From sequence record NZ_CP037828.1: a stretch of DNA of 46,053 bases; one strand, given 5' to 3'. The notes below the pieces were generated by a model. The model was not told the DNA's origin. It saw nothing but the letters and a program-made list of their open reading frames with translations, and searched no databases. The position numbers were made by a program, and so were the translations under genes. The DNA comes from a plasmid. Shown piece after piece: positions 36,254-44,382 of this stretch (the first letter of the stretch is position 1; the number at the start of each line of letters is the position of its first letter).

Positions 36254-36943
36254 ATGCTTGAAAACAGAAAACAAATTCAGAAAGAAATTTACTTACCAAT
36301 AGCAACATATTGTTTAAAAGATAAGCAATATTATATAAAAGAATATGGAGCACTATTAATAAAGAGTGCTGAAAATAGTGACATTTTTAATACCCATAAA
36401 AATAGAATTTTGTATAAGAATAAACTTGATATTCAAGAAATAGCAAATGAACTGAATGTAAATAAAGCAACAATCCAAAGAAATATAAAAAAACTAGAGA
36501 AGTTAGATTTTAAAATTCTAAAAATAGAAAATACCCTAAATGGAATTGTATATTGTTTGCCGTCAGAAAATAATATTGATTTAAACAAATTTGCATTGAT
36601 AAATTATGAAATGCTTAAAAAAATGGTCAATAAATTTAAATCAAATACAATAAAAGTATATTTTTTACTTAAAACAATCACTACAGAAACTAATTTTAAA
36701 CCTGCAACTAATAGTTTTATAGCAGAAAATATAGGACTAAGTTCTAAAAGTAAAAATAATTTAGATATCATAACTTCTTCTGTTAAAACTTTAGAAGAAA
36801 ATAAATACATTGAAACAAAAAAAGTAAATGTATATGAATATGACAAAGAAAAACTTAGAGAAGTTCCAAAAATAAGAAAAGTTTATCGGATTTGTAATTT
36901 TGATGAGTGGAAAAAGGAAATTGATAAAAATAAAGTTTATTAA
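36254..36943 (+). CDS. HTH-containing hypothetical protein
   Basis: HTH 'IQEIANELNVNKATIQRNIKKLEKL'. Transcribed divergently from the iteron array. Confidence 0.4.
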   Translation: MLENRKQIQKEIYLPIATYCLKDKQYYIKEYGALLIKSAENSDIFNTHKNRILYKNKLDIQEIANELNVNKATIQRNIKKLEKLDFKILKIENTLNGIVYCLPSENNIDLNKFALINYEMLKKMVNKFKSNTIKVYFLLKTITTETNFKPATNSFIAENIGLSSKSKNNLDIITSSVKTLEENKYIETKKVNVYEYDKEKLREVPKIRKVYRICNFDEWKKEIDKNKVY

Positions 36944-37091
36944 ATATAGCTTAAAAGCATTTAAAGGCTTGTCTGACGTGTTTTAATTACAAACTTGATG
37001 TTATTTACCTAAAAAGATACAAATTTGCTTAAAAATGGAAATAGAAGGTCAAATATATAGATAGAGAACCAAATAAAATTATATTGGCTCT

Positions 37092-37487
37092 CTATTTATC
37101 TTCTTCCCAATCCTCAATAAACTTTTCTAAACTTTTTAATTTATTTTCAGACACTTCTTCATCATCATGCAGAGCACTTATAAAACTTTCAAAAGAATTT
37201 TTGTGAAAGAAACTAAAGAAACTTTTAGTCTCAACTTTTAAATATTCTTCTTTTTCTATTAATGCTTTATAATATGTAAATCTATCTTTCTTAACAACTT
37301 CTAAAAATCCTCTACCAACTAACCTTCTTAAAAAAGTTAACATAGTTGATTTTTTCCATTCATATTTTTCACCTAATGTTTTTAAAATTTCAGTAGATGC
37401 AACTTCTTCATCTTCACTATCCCAAATGTACATCATTACCAAAAGTTCTGATTCTGGAATCTTTTTTATCTTCATAAAGCACACCAC
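37092..37487 (-). CDS. BlaI/MecI/CopY-family transcriptional repressor (orphan; no BlaR1/MecR1 partner)
   Basis: Winged-helix 'LSdsELLVMMYIW...STMLTFLRRLVGRGFLEVVKKDRFTYYKALI' matches the penicillinase-repressor family. Confidence 0.6.
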   Translation of the reverse strand: MVCFMKIKKIPESELLVMMYIWDSEDEEVASTEILKTLGEKYEWKKSTMLTFLRRLVGRGFLEVVKKDRFTYYKALIEKEEYLKVETKSFFSFFHKNSFESFISALHDDEEVSENKLKSLEKFIEDWEEDK

Positions 37488-37685
37488 CTTTTCAAAAGTA
37501 TAACTAAAATACTATAACAATAGAGTTAACTATACAATACTAAATGTCTAAAAATGTTATTCCAATTTTTACCAATTAATTTTTCTTTAAAAAAAATTTA
37601 AGCAGGAGTAAAAAAAATAAAAAATTATCAAAATTTATCAATATAAAAAGAAATATAAGTATAAATTTTTCTCTTTGTATATTGA

Positions 37686-37787
37686 TTGTATACAATTCTA
37701 TTTTTGTAAAATTAAATTTTACAAAATAATCAAAAATGGTAAATTTTGACATTTGCCTAATGTCAAATTAGGTGTTACAATTGTAAC
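37686..37787. promoter_or_regulatory. Cluster of TACA/TGTA dyad palindromes (candidate cop/bla-box operators)
   Basis: TTGTATACAA at 37686-37695. TTTGTAAAATTAAATTTTACAAA at 37703-37725. TTGACATTtgcctAATGTCAA at 37746-37766. GTTACAATTGTAAC at 37774-37787. Confidence 0.5.
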
Positions 37788-38204
37788 ATAAAGAAGATAT
37801 ATATCGAAATAATACATATAAAATACATATAAAACTACGTACGTAAAATATTTTTAAAAATAATCAAAAATCTTAATTTTCAATATTGAATACAATTAAA
37901 TTTTCAAACTCATCTAGGGCATGACATACAAAAGCAAAAAACATTAATTTAGTATCTGATAAAAATTTAAAAATTATAAAAGGGGGAAGTCTGTTATTTT
38001 TCAGAAGCAATGTAACTGTAAAAATATAAATCAGAATATTTTGAAAATATGGGGGATTCTATGGGAGAATTAAAACTTGAATCAAAAATGAATTGCACTA
38101 AAAATAAGAAAAAAGTTGCTATATCTATACATCAAATGAAAAAAATTTCTAAAAAAGATTATGTTTTTTTAACAGATTGCATAGAAACATTTTATATGAA
38201 AATA

Positions 38205-38240
38205 AAAGAGGTTTGATAAATTTTCAAACCTCTTTTTATT
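38205..38240. terminator. Bidirectional terminator hairpin
   Basis: 11-bp perfect stem AAGAGGTTTGA/TCAAACCTCTT followed by TTTATT. Confidence 0.6.
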
Positions 38241-38241
38241 G

Positions 38242-38610
38242 CTATTTGTTTTTCTTTTGCAATAATTCTATCATTTTCAAGATAGCATCTCTATCTTCTT
38301 GTTCTAATTCATAAAGTTTGTTAGTTATTTCTTTTACATCATCATCAATTTCTAAGTCAGCTAAACAATCTTTATAAATTTCACCTTTTCCACTTCTTAG
38401 CCATTCCTCATTTACTTCAAATTCTCTGCATATGTCGTTAATACTTCTTTCTGTCAAAACTCTTTTTCCTTTTTCCAATAAAGAAATTTGATCTTGTGAT
38501 AAGAAAATTCTTTCCCCAAACGCTCTCTGCGAAAGTCTTTCAAGAGTTCTTAACTCATTTAATCTTTTTCCAATTTCTTTAGCTTTTAATTTTTTTGAAA
38601 CTTCTGCCAT
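38242..38610 (-). CDS. XRE-family HTH repressor-like regulator (module A)
   Basis: HTH 'LSQRAFGERIFLSQDQISLLEKGKR'. Paralog of the 39244 ORF. Confidence 0.7.
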   Translation of the reverse strand: MAEVSKKLKAKEIGKRLNELRTLERLSQRAFGERIFLSQDQISLLEKGKRVLTERSINDICREFEVNEEWLRSGKGEIYKDCLADLEIDDDVKEITNKLYELEQEDRDAILKMIELLQKKNK

Positions 38611-38650
38611 TTTTACAATCCTCCTCTGTCATTACTATACTATAAAAACA

Positions 38651-38763
38651 CGACTTTGTCATTAAAAAAATAATTATAACGACAAAATCATGATAAAAAT
38701 AAAAAAGATATTGATTTTTAACGACAAAGTAGTTATACTTAAAATAAGTTGAACGACAAAGTA
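38651..38763. promoter_or_regulatory. Operator/promoter region of module A: four CGACAAAGT half-sites (one inverted) overlapping a TTGATT-17-TATACT promoter
   Basis: Sites at 38651 (inverted), 38681, 38722 and 38754. Confidence 0.5.
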
Positions 38764-38782
38764 AGTGTAGGAGGATAAAAAA

Positions 38783-38943
38783 TGATTTGTTCAAACAAAG
38801 AGAAAGTAGAAACAGCTTTGATGATAGATTATTTAAAAAAAAATGAACCAACTGAATGGAGAACTATAGAAACCATAATCTCCAGTACATACGCATTAAG
38901 TAATTTCAAAAAAGAAAATAAAGACATTATGAATCAGAAATAA
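38783..38943 (+). CDS. Small hypothetical protein (53 aa), first + strand gene of module A
   Basis: AGGAGGAT RBS. Not in the ORF track because it is under 60 aa. Confidence 0.3.
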
Positions 38944-38965
38944 CAACAGTAAATACTTAAGGGGA

Positions 38966-39682
38966 GTGATAAGCTTGAAAATTTCAGATTTTAATAAAGA
39001 TCATATAGGTAAAGCGATTCAACTACAAGAGACAAGATTTAATGTCATAACGGATTGCATCATCACAGAAGTAGAAGTAGGCGAAATTGTTGTAATGTTT
39101 TACATGCAAGAAAATGATGACACAGGATACAAGGCTATAACATGGGAAGATTTAAAAAATTATATCATAAATGGCAAAGGGAAGAGGCATTATAGGATTT
39201 TTGTGGCTTGGGGGATTGTTATAAAAAGAGGTATAACCTCTTTTTATAACTCTTCATTTTTGATTTTTAGATATGCATTGTCAATTATTTTTTCTATCGC
39301 TTCTCTATCTTCATCTTCCAATGCAAATATCTTTTTTATCATAGTTTTTATTTCTTCACTAGTTTCTAAATCTTCTGTAATGTCAACGAACATTTCACCT
39401 TCTCCATGCAATAACCATTGTTCATTTACATTAAATTCTCTACAAATATCATTTATGGTTCTTTGTGGTATCTTTCTATGCCCTGTTTCATATGAAGAGA
39501 TTTGCGAAAGAGACAAACCTAATTTTTTGCCAAAATCTTTTTGTTTTAATTTCTTTGAAAGCCTTATATCTTTAAGTCGTTGTCTTCTTTCATTATCTTC
39601 TAAGTTTTGTTTTTCCATAACGTCACCCCTTATGAGTATAATTATAACATTTAAAAATACGCTTTGCAATTACAAATTTTAA
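38966..39682 (+). CDS. Small protein paralogous to the 39952 ORF; the reading frame runs on antisense to the module B XRE gene, so the real C-terminus is uncertain
   Basis: The first ~65 aa match 39952..40158. The C-terminus 'NYIINGKGKRHYRIFVAWG' resembles the end of the 40187 ORF. The remainder is low-complexity. Confidence 0.35.
   Translation: MISLKISDFNKDHIGKAIQLQETRFNVITDCIITEVEVGEIVVMFYMQENDDTGYKAITWEDLKNYIINGKGKRHYRIFVAWGIVIKRGITSFYNSSFLIFRYALSIIFSIASLSSSSNANIFFIIVFISSLVSKSSVMSTNISPSPCNNHCSFTLNSLQISFMVLCGIFLCPVSYEEICERDKPNFLPKSFCFNFFESLISLSRCLLSLSSKFCFSITSPLMSIIITFKNTLCNYKF
39244..39618 (-). CDS. XRE-family HTH repressor-like regulator (module B); start trimmed to 'MEKQN'
   Basis: HTH 'LKQKDFGKKLGLSLSQISSYETGHRK'. 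AAGGGGTGA RBS. Confidence 0.7.
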   Translation of the reverse strand: MEKQNLEDNERRQRLKDIRLSKKLKQKDFGKKLGLSLSQISSYETGHRKIPQRTINDICREFNVNEQWLLHGEGEMFVDITEDLETSEEIKTMIKKIFALEDEDREAIEKIIDNAYLKIKNEEL

Positions 39683-39747
39683 AAAAATACGCAAAATAAA
39701 ATAAAAACTCAAAGCGTATTGACATAGTATGCAAAGCGTAATATAAT
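39657..39747. promoter_or_regulatory. Operator/promoter region of module B: GCAAAGCGT/ACGCTTTGC sites and a TTGACA-17-TATAAT promoter
   Basis: Sites at 39659 (inverted), 39712 and 39733. -35 at 39718 and -10 at 39741. Confidence 0.5.
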
Positions 39748-39771
39748 TGAATCACAGGAAGGAGTGTTAGA

Positions 39772-39948
39772 ATGAATCAAGAAAAAGAAAAAGCGAATGA
39801 TTTGTTATTAAAACTTGAACTTCTTAAAAAGATAAACCCACAAGAGTTTGGATACATAAGCGGAAGAATAGACGTAAATATTGAGAAGTTAAAACAAGAA
39901 ACCGAAAGAAATAAAAGCAAAAAAATAAGATATAGGAAGGGGGCTTAA
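39772..39948 (+). CDS. Small hypothetical protein (58 aa)
   Basis: AGGAAGGAG RBS. Positional analogue of the 38783 ORF. Confidence 0.3.
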   Translation: MNQEKEKANDLLLKLELLKKINPQEFGYISGRIDVNIEKLKQETERNKSKKIRYRKGA

Positions 39949-39951
39949 AAA

Positions 39952-40158
39952 TTGACTTTTAATAAAAATCAAATAGGAACAGCAGTTCAATTACAAGATA
40001 TAAGGTTTGATACAAAAGTTGATTGCATCATTACAAAAGTAGAAAAGAATGAAATACTAGTCATGTATTATGAAAAAGAAACAGAGGAAATAGCATATAA
40101 AACTTTGACTAAAGAGGATCTAATACTTGATGATTACAAACTTAAGTTATTATATTAA
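39952..40158 (+). CDS. Small protein, paralog of the N-terminus of the 38966 ORF
   Basis: 'IGTAVQLQDIRFDTKVDCIITKVE' aligns with 'IGKAIQLQETRFNVITDCIITEVE'. Confidence 0.45.
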   Translation: MTFNKNQIGTAVQLQDIRFDTKVDCIITKVEKNEILVMYYEKETEEIAYKTLTKEDLILDDYKLKLLY

Positions 40159-40186
40159 AAAGTAATTTCGGAAGGGAGGTGATTAA

Positions 40187-40909
40187 ATGGATCTTTTGAA
40201 AGATGCAAGAAAAAAAGAATGGTTTTGGCTGGAAAATGATTTGGTGGATAGAGAGGATCTAAGTGTTTACGAAAAAATGGCTTATATGGTAATGGCAAGA
40301 TATTCAGATGATGAAAGTTCTTGTTTCCCAAGTTTATCATTAATATCCAAGAAAATGGGATGCGGAATAACGACTGTCAAAAAAACAATAAATAGTTTAG
40401 AAGAAAAAAATTTAATAATAAAAGTACATCGCAAGGTTAAAAACAAAAAGGAAAATGATACAAATGTTTATTACATTATGAGTTTGAAAGGTAAGTCGTC
40501 TGGCGACATAGGTCATGAGGCGACAGACGGTAGGTCGCCATACGACCAACAGGTAGGTCGCGAGGCGACTAGTAAAAAGACTTATAATAAAAAGACTTAT
40601 ATAAAAAGTAATACCACTCCACAAAATGAACCTAAAACTGATTATTTAGACCTATCATTTTTAGATTTAGATATAGAAAAAGTAAAACTAACTAAAGATG
40701 AATATGACAAACTTATAAGCAAGTTTGGGAAGAAATACATACATGATAAAATTGTTAGTTTAGAAAACTATATCATAAATGGTAAAGGGAGTAGGTATAA
40801 GAGCCACTATAGGGCTTTGCTGACTTGGGGGAATGGAGATGCTAGTAAAGGTATAGTACCAGAAGTTACAAAGACTAAGAATCCTCTTAGTGGATTTAAA
40901 GAACTTTAA
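40187..40909 (+). CDS. Replisome organizer / DnaD-like replication protein with an internal GC-rich repeat island
   Basis: Winged-helix 'FPSLSLISKKMGCGITTVKKTINSLEEKNLI'. Lies upstream of the helicase gene. Confidence 0.5.
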   Translation: MDLLKDARKKEWFWLENDLVDREDLSVYEKMAYMVMARYSDDESSCFPSLSLISKKMGCGITTVKKTINSLEEKNLIIKVHRKVKNKKENDTNVYYIMSLKGKSSGDIGHEATDGRSPYDQQVGREATSKKTYNKKTYIKSNTTPQNEPKTDYLDLSFLDLDIEKVKLTKDEYDKLISKFGKKYIHDKIVSLENYIINGKGSRYKSHYRALLTWGNGDASKGIVPEVTKTKNPLSGFKEL

Positions 40910-40936
40910 AAACTAAATAGTAAGGAGGTAGATAGG

Positions 40937-41122
40937 ATGAATGAAAAAGAAGAGACTGTTTATTTGAATAGTTCTAATGTGAAGTTATTCTTAGGCGTTA
41001 GGGATATTAAGGAATTTGAGGAATTGATAGAAAATGTCAATGAGCGAATTTGTCAACTCCAAGAATCGATTAATAAACTTGCCCAATTTAATATTGAGTT
41101 CGATATTAAGTCAGATATTTAG
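40937..41122 (+). CDS. Hypothetical small protein
   Basis: AAGGAGGT RBS. Confidence 0.3.
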   Translation: MNEKEETVYLNSSNVKLFLGVRDIKEFEELIENVNERICQLQESINKLAQFNIEFDIKSDI

Positions 41123-41147
41123 TTAAGTATAAATTAGGAGGTTGCCT

Positions 41148-41366
41148 ATGAAAGATGAAAAGTTAGAACTTACTGAAAAAGATTTACACTGTATTGCAAG
41201 ACATTTACAAAATGAAGTTATGGAGATGGTGTTTAGAGGGAATATAGAAGCCCCTACATCATGCGAAGTTTGCGATTACTTGCAAGAATGCAAGGACTAT
41301 TTCACCCATATAGACACTTTTATAAAATTAAGTGAAATGACAGGTGTAGATATTTTTACTAAATAA
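41148..41366 (+). CDS. Small HC..H/CxxC protein, copy 1
   Basis: 'LHCIARH...TSCEVCDYLQEC'. AGGAGG RBS. Paralog of the 41760 ORF. Confidence 0.45.
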   Translation: MKDEKLELTEKDLHCIARHLQNEVMEMVFRGNIEAPTSCEVCDYLQECKDYFTHIDTFIKLSEMTGVDIFTK

Positions 41367-41384
41367 ATTTAGTAAATTAAAATT

Positions 41385-41603
41385 TTAGTATTGTAATTGA
41401 CGTGCTTTTTTAAAAAGAGGACAGTTGCTATTAGCAGTCATTATTTGAATTTTGCAAATGTAATTTTTATTACATTCGCATTCTAAAAGTTTTGATCCAG
41501 TGAATCCAGGAAAAGTTTTATATTCACCAGAAAATTCAACTTTATCGTCAATAAGAGAGCATTTTTCTCTTAAGGTTTTAATTTTGCACATATTCATCAC
41601 CAC
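41385..41603 (-). CDS. Cys-rich small protein, copy 1 (convergent partner)
   Basis: Six Cys. Shared 'EY..PG.TGSKL...C...IC....CP.FKK' pattern with the 42013 ORF. Confidence 0.4.
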   Translation of the reverse strand: MVMNMCKIKTLREKCSLIDDKVEFSGEYKTFPGFTGSKLLECECNKNYICKIQIMTANSNCPLFKKARQLQY

Positions 41604-41759
41604 CCTATAATTGATTTGAACATACTGTCAATATGCTCCAATTAATTATAACATGCAAATTATCATGGTGTAGAATTAAAGCATAGGTCAATTAAATTTA
41701 GTTATAAAATCAATGAAACAGATAAAGAATTAAATGTTAAATAAATTAGGGGGTTGTTC

Positions 41760-42020
41760 ATGAAAGAGGAAAAGTTAGAACTTACTGAAAAAGAATTGCA
41801 TTGTATTGCAAGACATTTGCAAAATGAAGTTATGGAGATGGTGTTTAGAGGGAATAGAGAAGCCCCCACATCATGTGAAGTTTGCGATTACCTGCAAGAA
41901 TGTGAGGGAGATTTTACCTGTATGTATCATTCTTTTACTAAATTAAGCAAAATAACAGGTGTAAAAGTGACTGCATTTAAGTATTGTTTTCCAGATGAAA
42001 ATCCCAAAGCTACTATCTAA
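41760..42020 (+). CDS. Small HC..H/CxxC protein, copy 2
   Basis: First 50 aa nearly identical to copy 1. Confidence 0.45.
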   Translation: MKEEKLELTEKELHCIARHLQNEVMEMVFRGNREAPTSCEVCDYLQECEGDFTCMYHSFTKLSKITGVKVTAFKYCFPDENPKATI

Positions 42021-42201
42021 GAAGTTTTTTTAGAATAGGACATTCTTCATTAGAAGAAGAGTCGCAAATATGACTTCCATCACATCTAGTTGACATTAAC
42101 TTAGATCCAAAAGTACCTGGAGGAGCTGAATATTCGCAAGTAAGAGAAATGGTTTCGTTTATTACAGGACATTCTTTGCTTATAACTCGATATTGGCTCA
42201 T
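42013..42201 (-). CDS. Cys-rich small protein, copy 2 (convergent partner)
   Basis: Paralog of the 41385 ORF. Conserved promoter block upstream. Confidence 0.4.
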   Translation of the reverse strand: MSQYRVISKECPVINETISLTCEYSAPPGTFGSKLMSTRCDGSHICDSSSNEECPILKKLLR

Positions 42202-42338
42202 ACTCTCACCACCTTTCTAATTAATTTAAACATATTGGAAGTATGTTTAAATTAATTATAGCATGTAAATTATCATGGTGTAGAATAGTTTCAAATCAAA
42301 AGAAGCAACTAAATAGTTAAAGACAGGAGGTATGCTAA

Positions 42339-42656
42339 GTGGAAAGAAAAAAACATGAACTTACAGATCAAGATATACAAAGACTTATTGAAGGATTAAG
42401 AACTGATCCAAAAATAAGAGAAATGATATTTGAAAGTAAAGGTTGTGAAACTAGAACAAGTACAAGAAGTAAATGCGAACAATTTGTTGAAGAAAAACTT
42501 GCTTATAGAAGTTATGGATTTGAAACTCCAAAATACTATGCAAAACTTATTGCCGACATAATTGATATTTTAGTTTACAAAAATGTTCCAAGAGATCGTA
42601 TTTGTGGGGTATTGTATGACGTCGAAAGGGTGATTCCTTTAGTTGTGACATTTTAA
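42339..42656 (+). CDS. Hypothetical protein
   Basis: ORF with RBS. Confidence 0.3.
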   Translation: MERKKHELTDQDIQRLIEGLRTDPKIREMIFESKGCETRTSTRSKCEQFVEEKLAYRSYGFETPKYYAKLIADIIDILVYKNVPRDRICGVLYDVERVIPLVVTF

Positions 42657-42677
42657 TAATAAGCTGGGGGTGATTAA

Positions 42678-44009
42678 ATGAATTACTCTTTAGAAGCAGA
42701 GCAAAACATTCTAGGAAGTTTTCTTATAAATGACTCTATAGGTTACAAAATAAGGGAATTAAAAGAAAATGATTTCTACTTTGAGTCACATAAAATTATT
42801 TTATCTTGCATGAAGAAAATAATTGACTCAAATAAACCACTAGATCTTTTGCTTTTAAAAAATGAATTAGAAAAAATAGATAGATTAGTAGACGTTGGAG
42901 GAGTTAGTTACATTACCAGTTTAACAACTATAGTCATAACTACTTCAAACATAGATCACTATATAAAAATCATAAAAGAGAAGTTACTTAAAAGACAAAT
43001 TTCAGAGCTAGCAAATGAATTAATTAATAATTCAAATTCAGATACAAGTATAGATGAATTGATTGTAGATATAAACGATTTAAAAGCACTTGTGACGACG
43101 AGCAGTAGTATAAATGGTAATTATATTGACGCATCAAAAATAAAACGTGAAAAAGGCGTACACAAGTCCATAGACACGGGTTTTAATAAACTAAACAATA
43201 TGCTAGATGGATTTAGATATGGAACTCTTACAATTTTGACTGGTAAACCTGCATCTGGTAAATCAACTATAGTTAACCAGTTTATAGCAGAAGCAATTGC
43301 AAATAAAGAAAAAGCATTTTTGTATTCTGGAGAATTACCCTCTTTCATGGCTATGGATTGGTTTAGAAAAACTGTAGCTAATGATTATCACATAAAAGAA
43401 TATAAAAGTGTCTATGGAGGAACATACACAGATATTCCAGATTACGCCGTTGAGCTTATATCAGACTGGATAGAAGATAAATTTTTTCTCTATGATGAAG
43501 ATGCAATAAGTGATGAAGTAAATCTACTAAATACCATAGAACATTTATATTTAAAAAAAGGGGTTAGGCTCTTTGTTCTTGACAATCTAATGACAATAAA
43601 AACTGGCAATAAGGCAGATAAATATGAGAGACAAGAGCAGATAGTAAGCAACTTAAAAAATCTCGCTAAAAAATATAACTTAGTAATAGTTTTAGTTGCA
43701 CATCCTAGAAAAAATATGGGTGACATGAAACCAACTATGTATGATGTGTCTGGAGCAAGTGAGATTGTTAATTATGCAGATTATATTTTATCAACTTACA
43801 GAGTTATTGATGAAGAAGAAGAGGCAGACGACACTTATTTATTAATTTTAAAAAATAGAATAACAGGAAAACAGAATATAAGTTTCAAAATGAATTTTTC
43901 AGAAAGAAGAAAAAGACTTTACACAACTAGTGAAGAGTTAAATAGAGATTACAAATATGATGTAAATAAACAATATGTGCAAGCAGAAATTCCAGAAGAT
44001 GTATTTTAA
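42678..44009 (+). CDS. dnaB: Replicative DNA helicase, DnaB family
   Basis: DnaB N-terminal 'EAEQNILGSFLIND'. Walker A 'GKPASGKST'. Walker B 'LFVLDNL'. Confidence 0.85.
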   Translation: MNYSLEAEQNILGSFLINDSIGYKIRELKENDFYFESHKIILSCMKKIIDSNKPLDLLLLKNELEKIDRLVDVGGVSYITSLTTIVITTSNIDHYIKIIKEKLLKRQISELANELINNSNSDTSIDELIVDINDLKALVTTSSSINGNYIDASKIKREKGVHKSIDTGFNKLNNMLDGFRYGTLTILTGKPASGKSTIVNQFIAEAIANKEKAFLYSGELPSFMAMDWFRKTVANDYHIKEYKSVYGGTYTDIPDYAVELISDWIEDKFFLYDEDAISDEVNLLNTIEHLYLKKGVRLFVLDNLMTIKTGNKADKYERQEQIVSNLKNLAKKYNLVIVLVAHPRKNMGDMKPTMYDVSGASEIVNYADYILSTYRVIDEEEEADDTYLLILKNRITGKQNISFKMNFSERRKRLYTTSEELNRDYKYDVNKQYVQAEIPEDVF

Positions 44010-44060
44010 AAAAGGATAAAAAATAGGAAATTTTATTAAGTAATGATTTTACAATAAAAA

Positions 44061-44154
44061 TCAATATTGAATAATTTAAAAAATCAATATTGAAAAAATA
44101 CCGTTTTTCAATATTGAAATTAAAATTTCATAAGGTATTGAAAATCAATATTGA
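44061..44154. promoter_or_regulatory. Array of four perfect 10-bp palindromes TCAATATTGA
   Basis: Copies at 44061, 44084, 44108 and 44145, plus the overlapping palindrome TATTGAAAATCAATA. Confidence 0.7.
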
Positions 44155-44382
44155 AAAAAATTAATAAATATAGTAATTGCAATGATTGCAGAATACGATT
44201 ACATTACACAAAAAACACAGGTTTAAAGAATTTGTCAAAAACTATTAAAAGATGGTAATGATAGAGAGAAAAAAATAAAATCAAAAATTTTGATAAAAAT
44301 GTTATTAAATTATAGTCAAAGTTTATTAATTAATTTCCTCGTAGAAAAATATTATTTTAAATAAATAAAGGAGTGATTTTAC

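Noticed and set aside
38061-38217. 51-aa + strand ORF (MGELKLESKMNC...) before the bidirectional terminator
   Set aside because: It has a plausible GGGGGA RBS and a terminator, but it is very short, Lys-rich and without recognisable features, so it is left uncalled.
39619-39669. N-terminal extension 'MQSVFLNVIIILIRGDV' of the module B XRE ORF
   Set aside because: The internal ATG at 39618 has a good AAGGGGTGA RBS and aligns with the paralog's start, and the extension overlaps the operator region.
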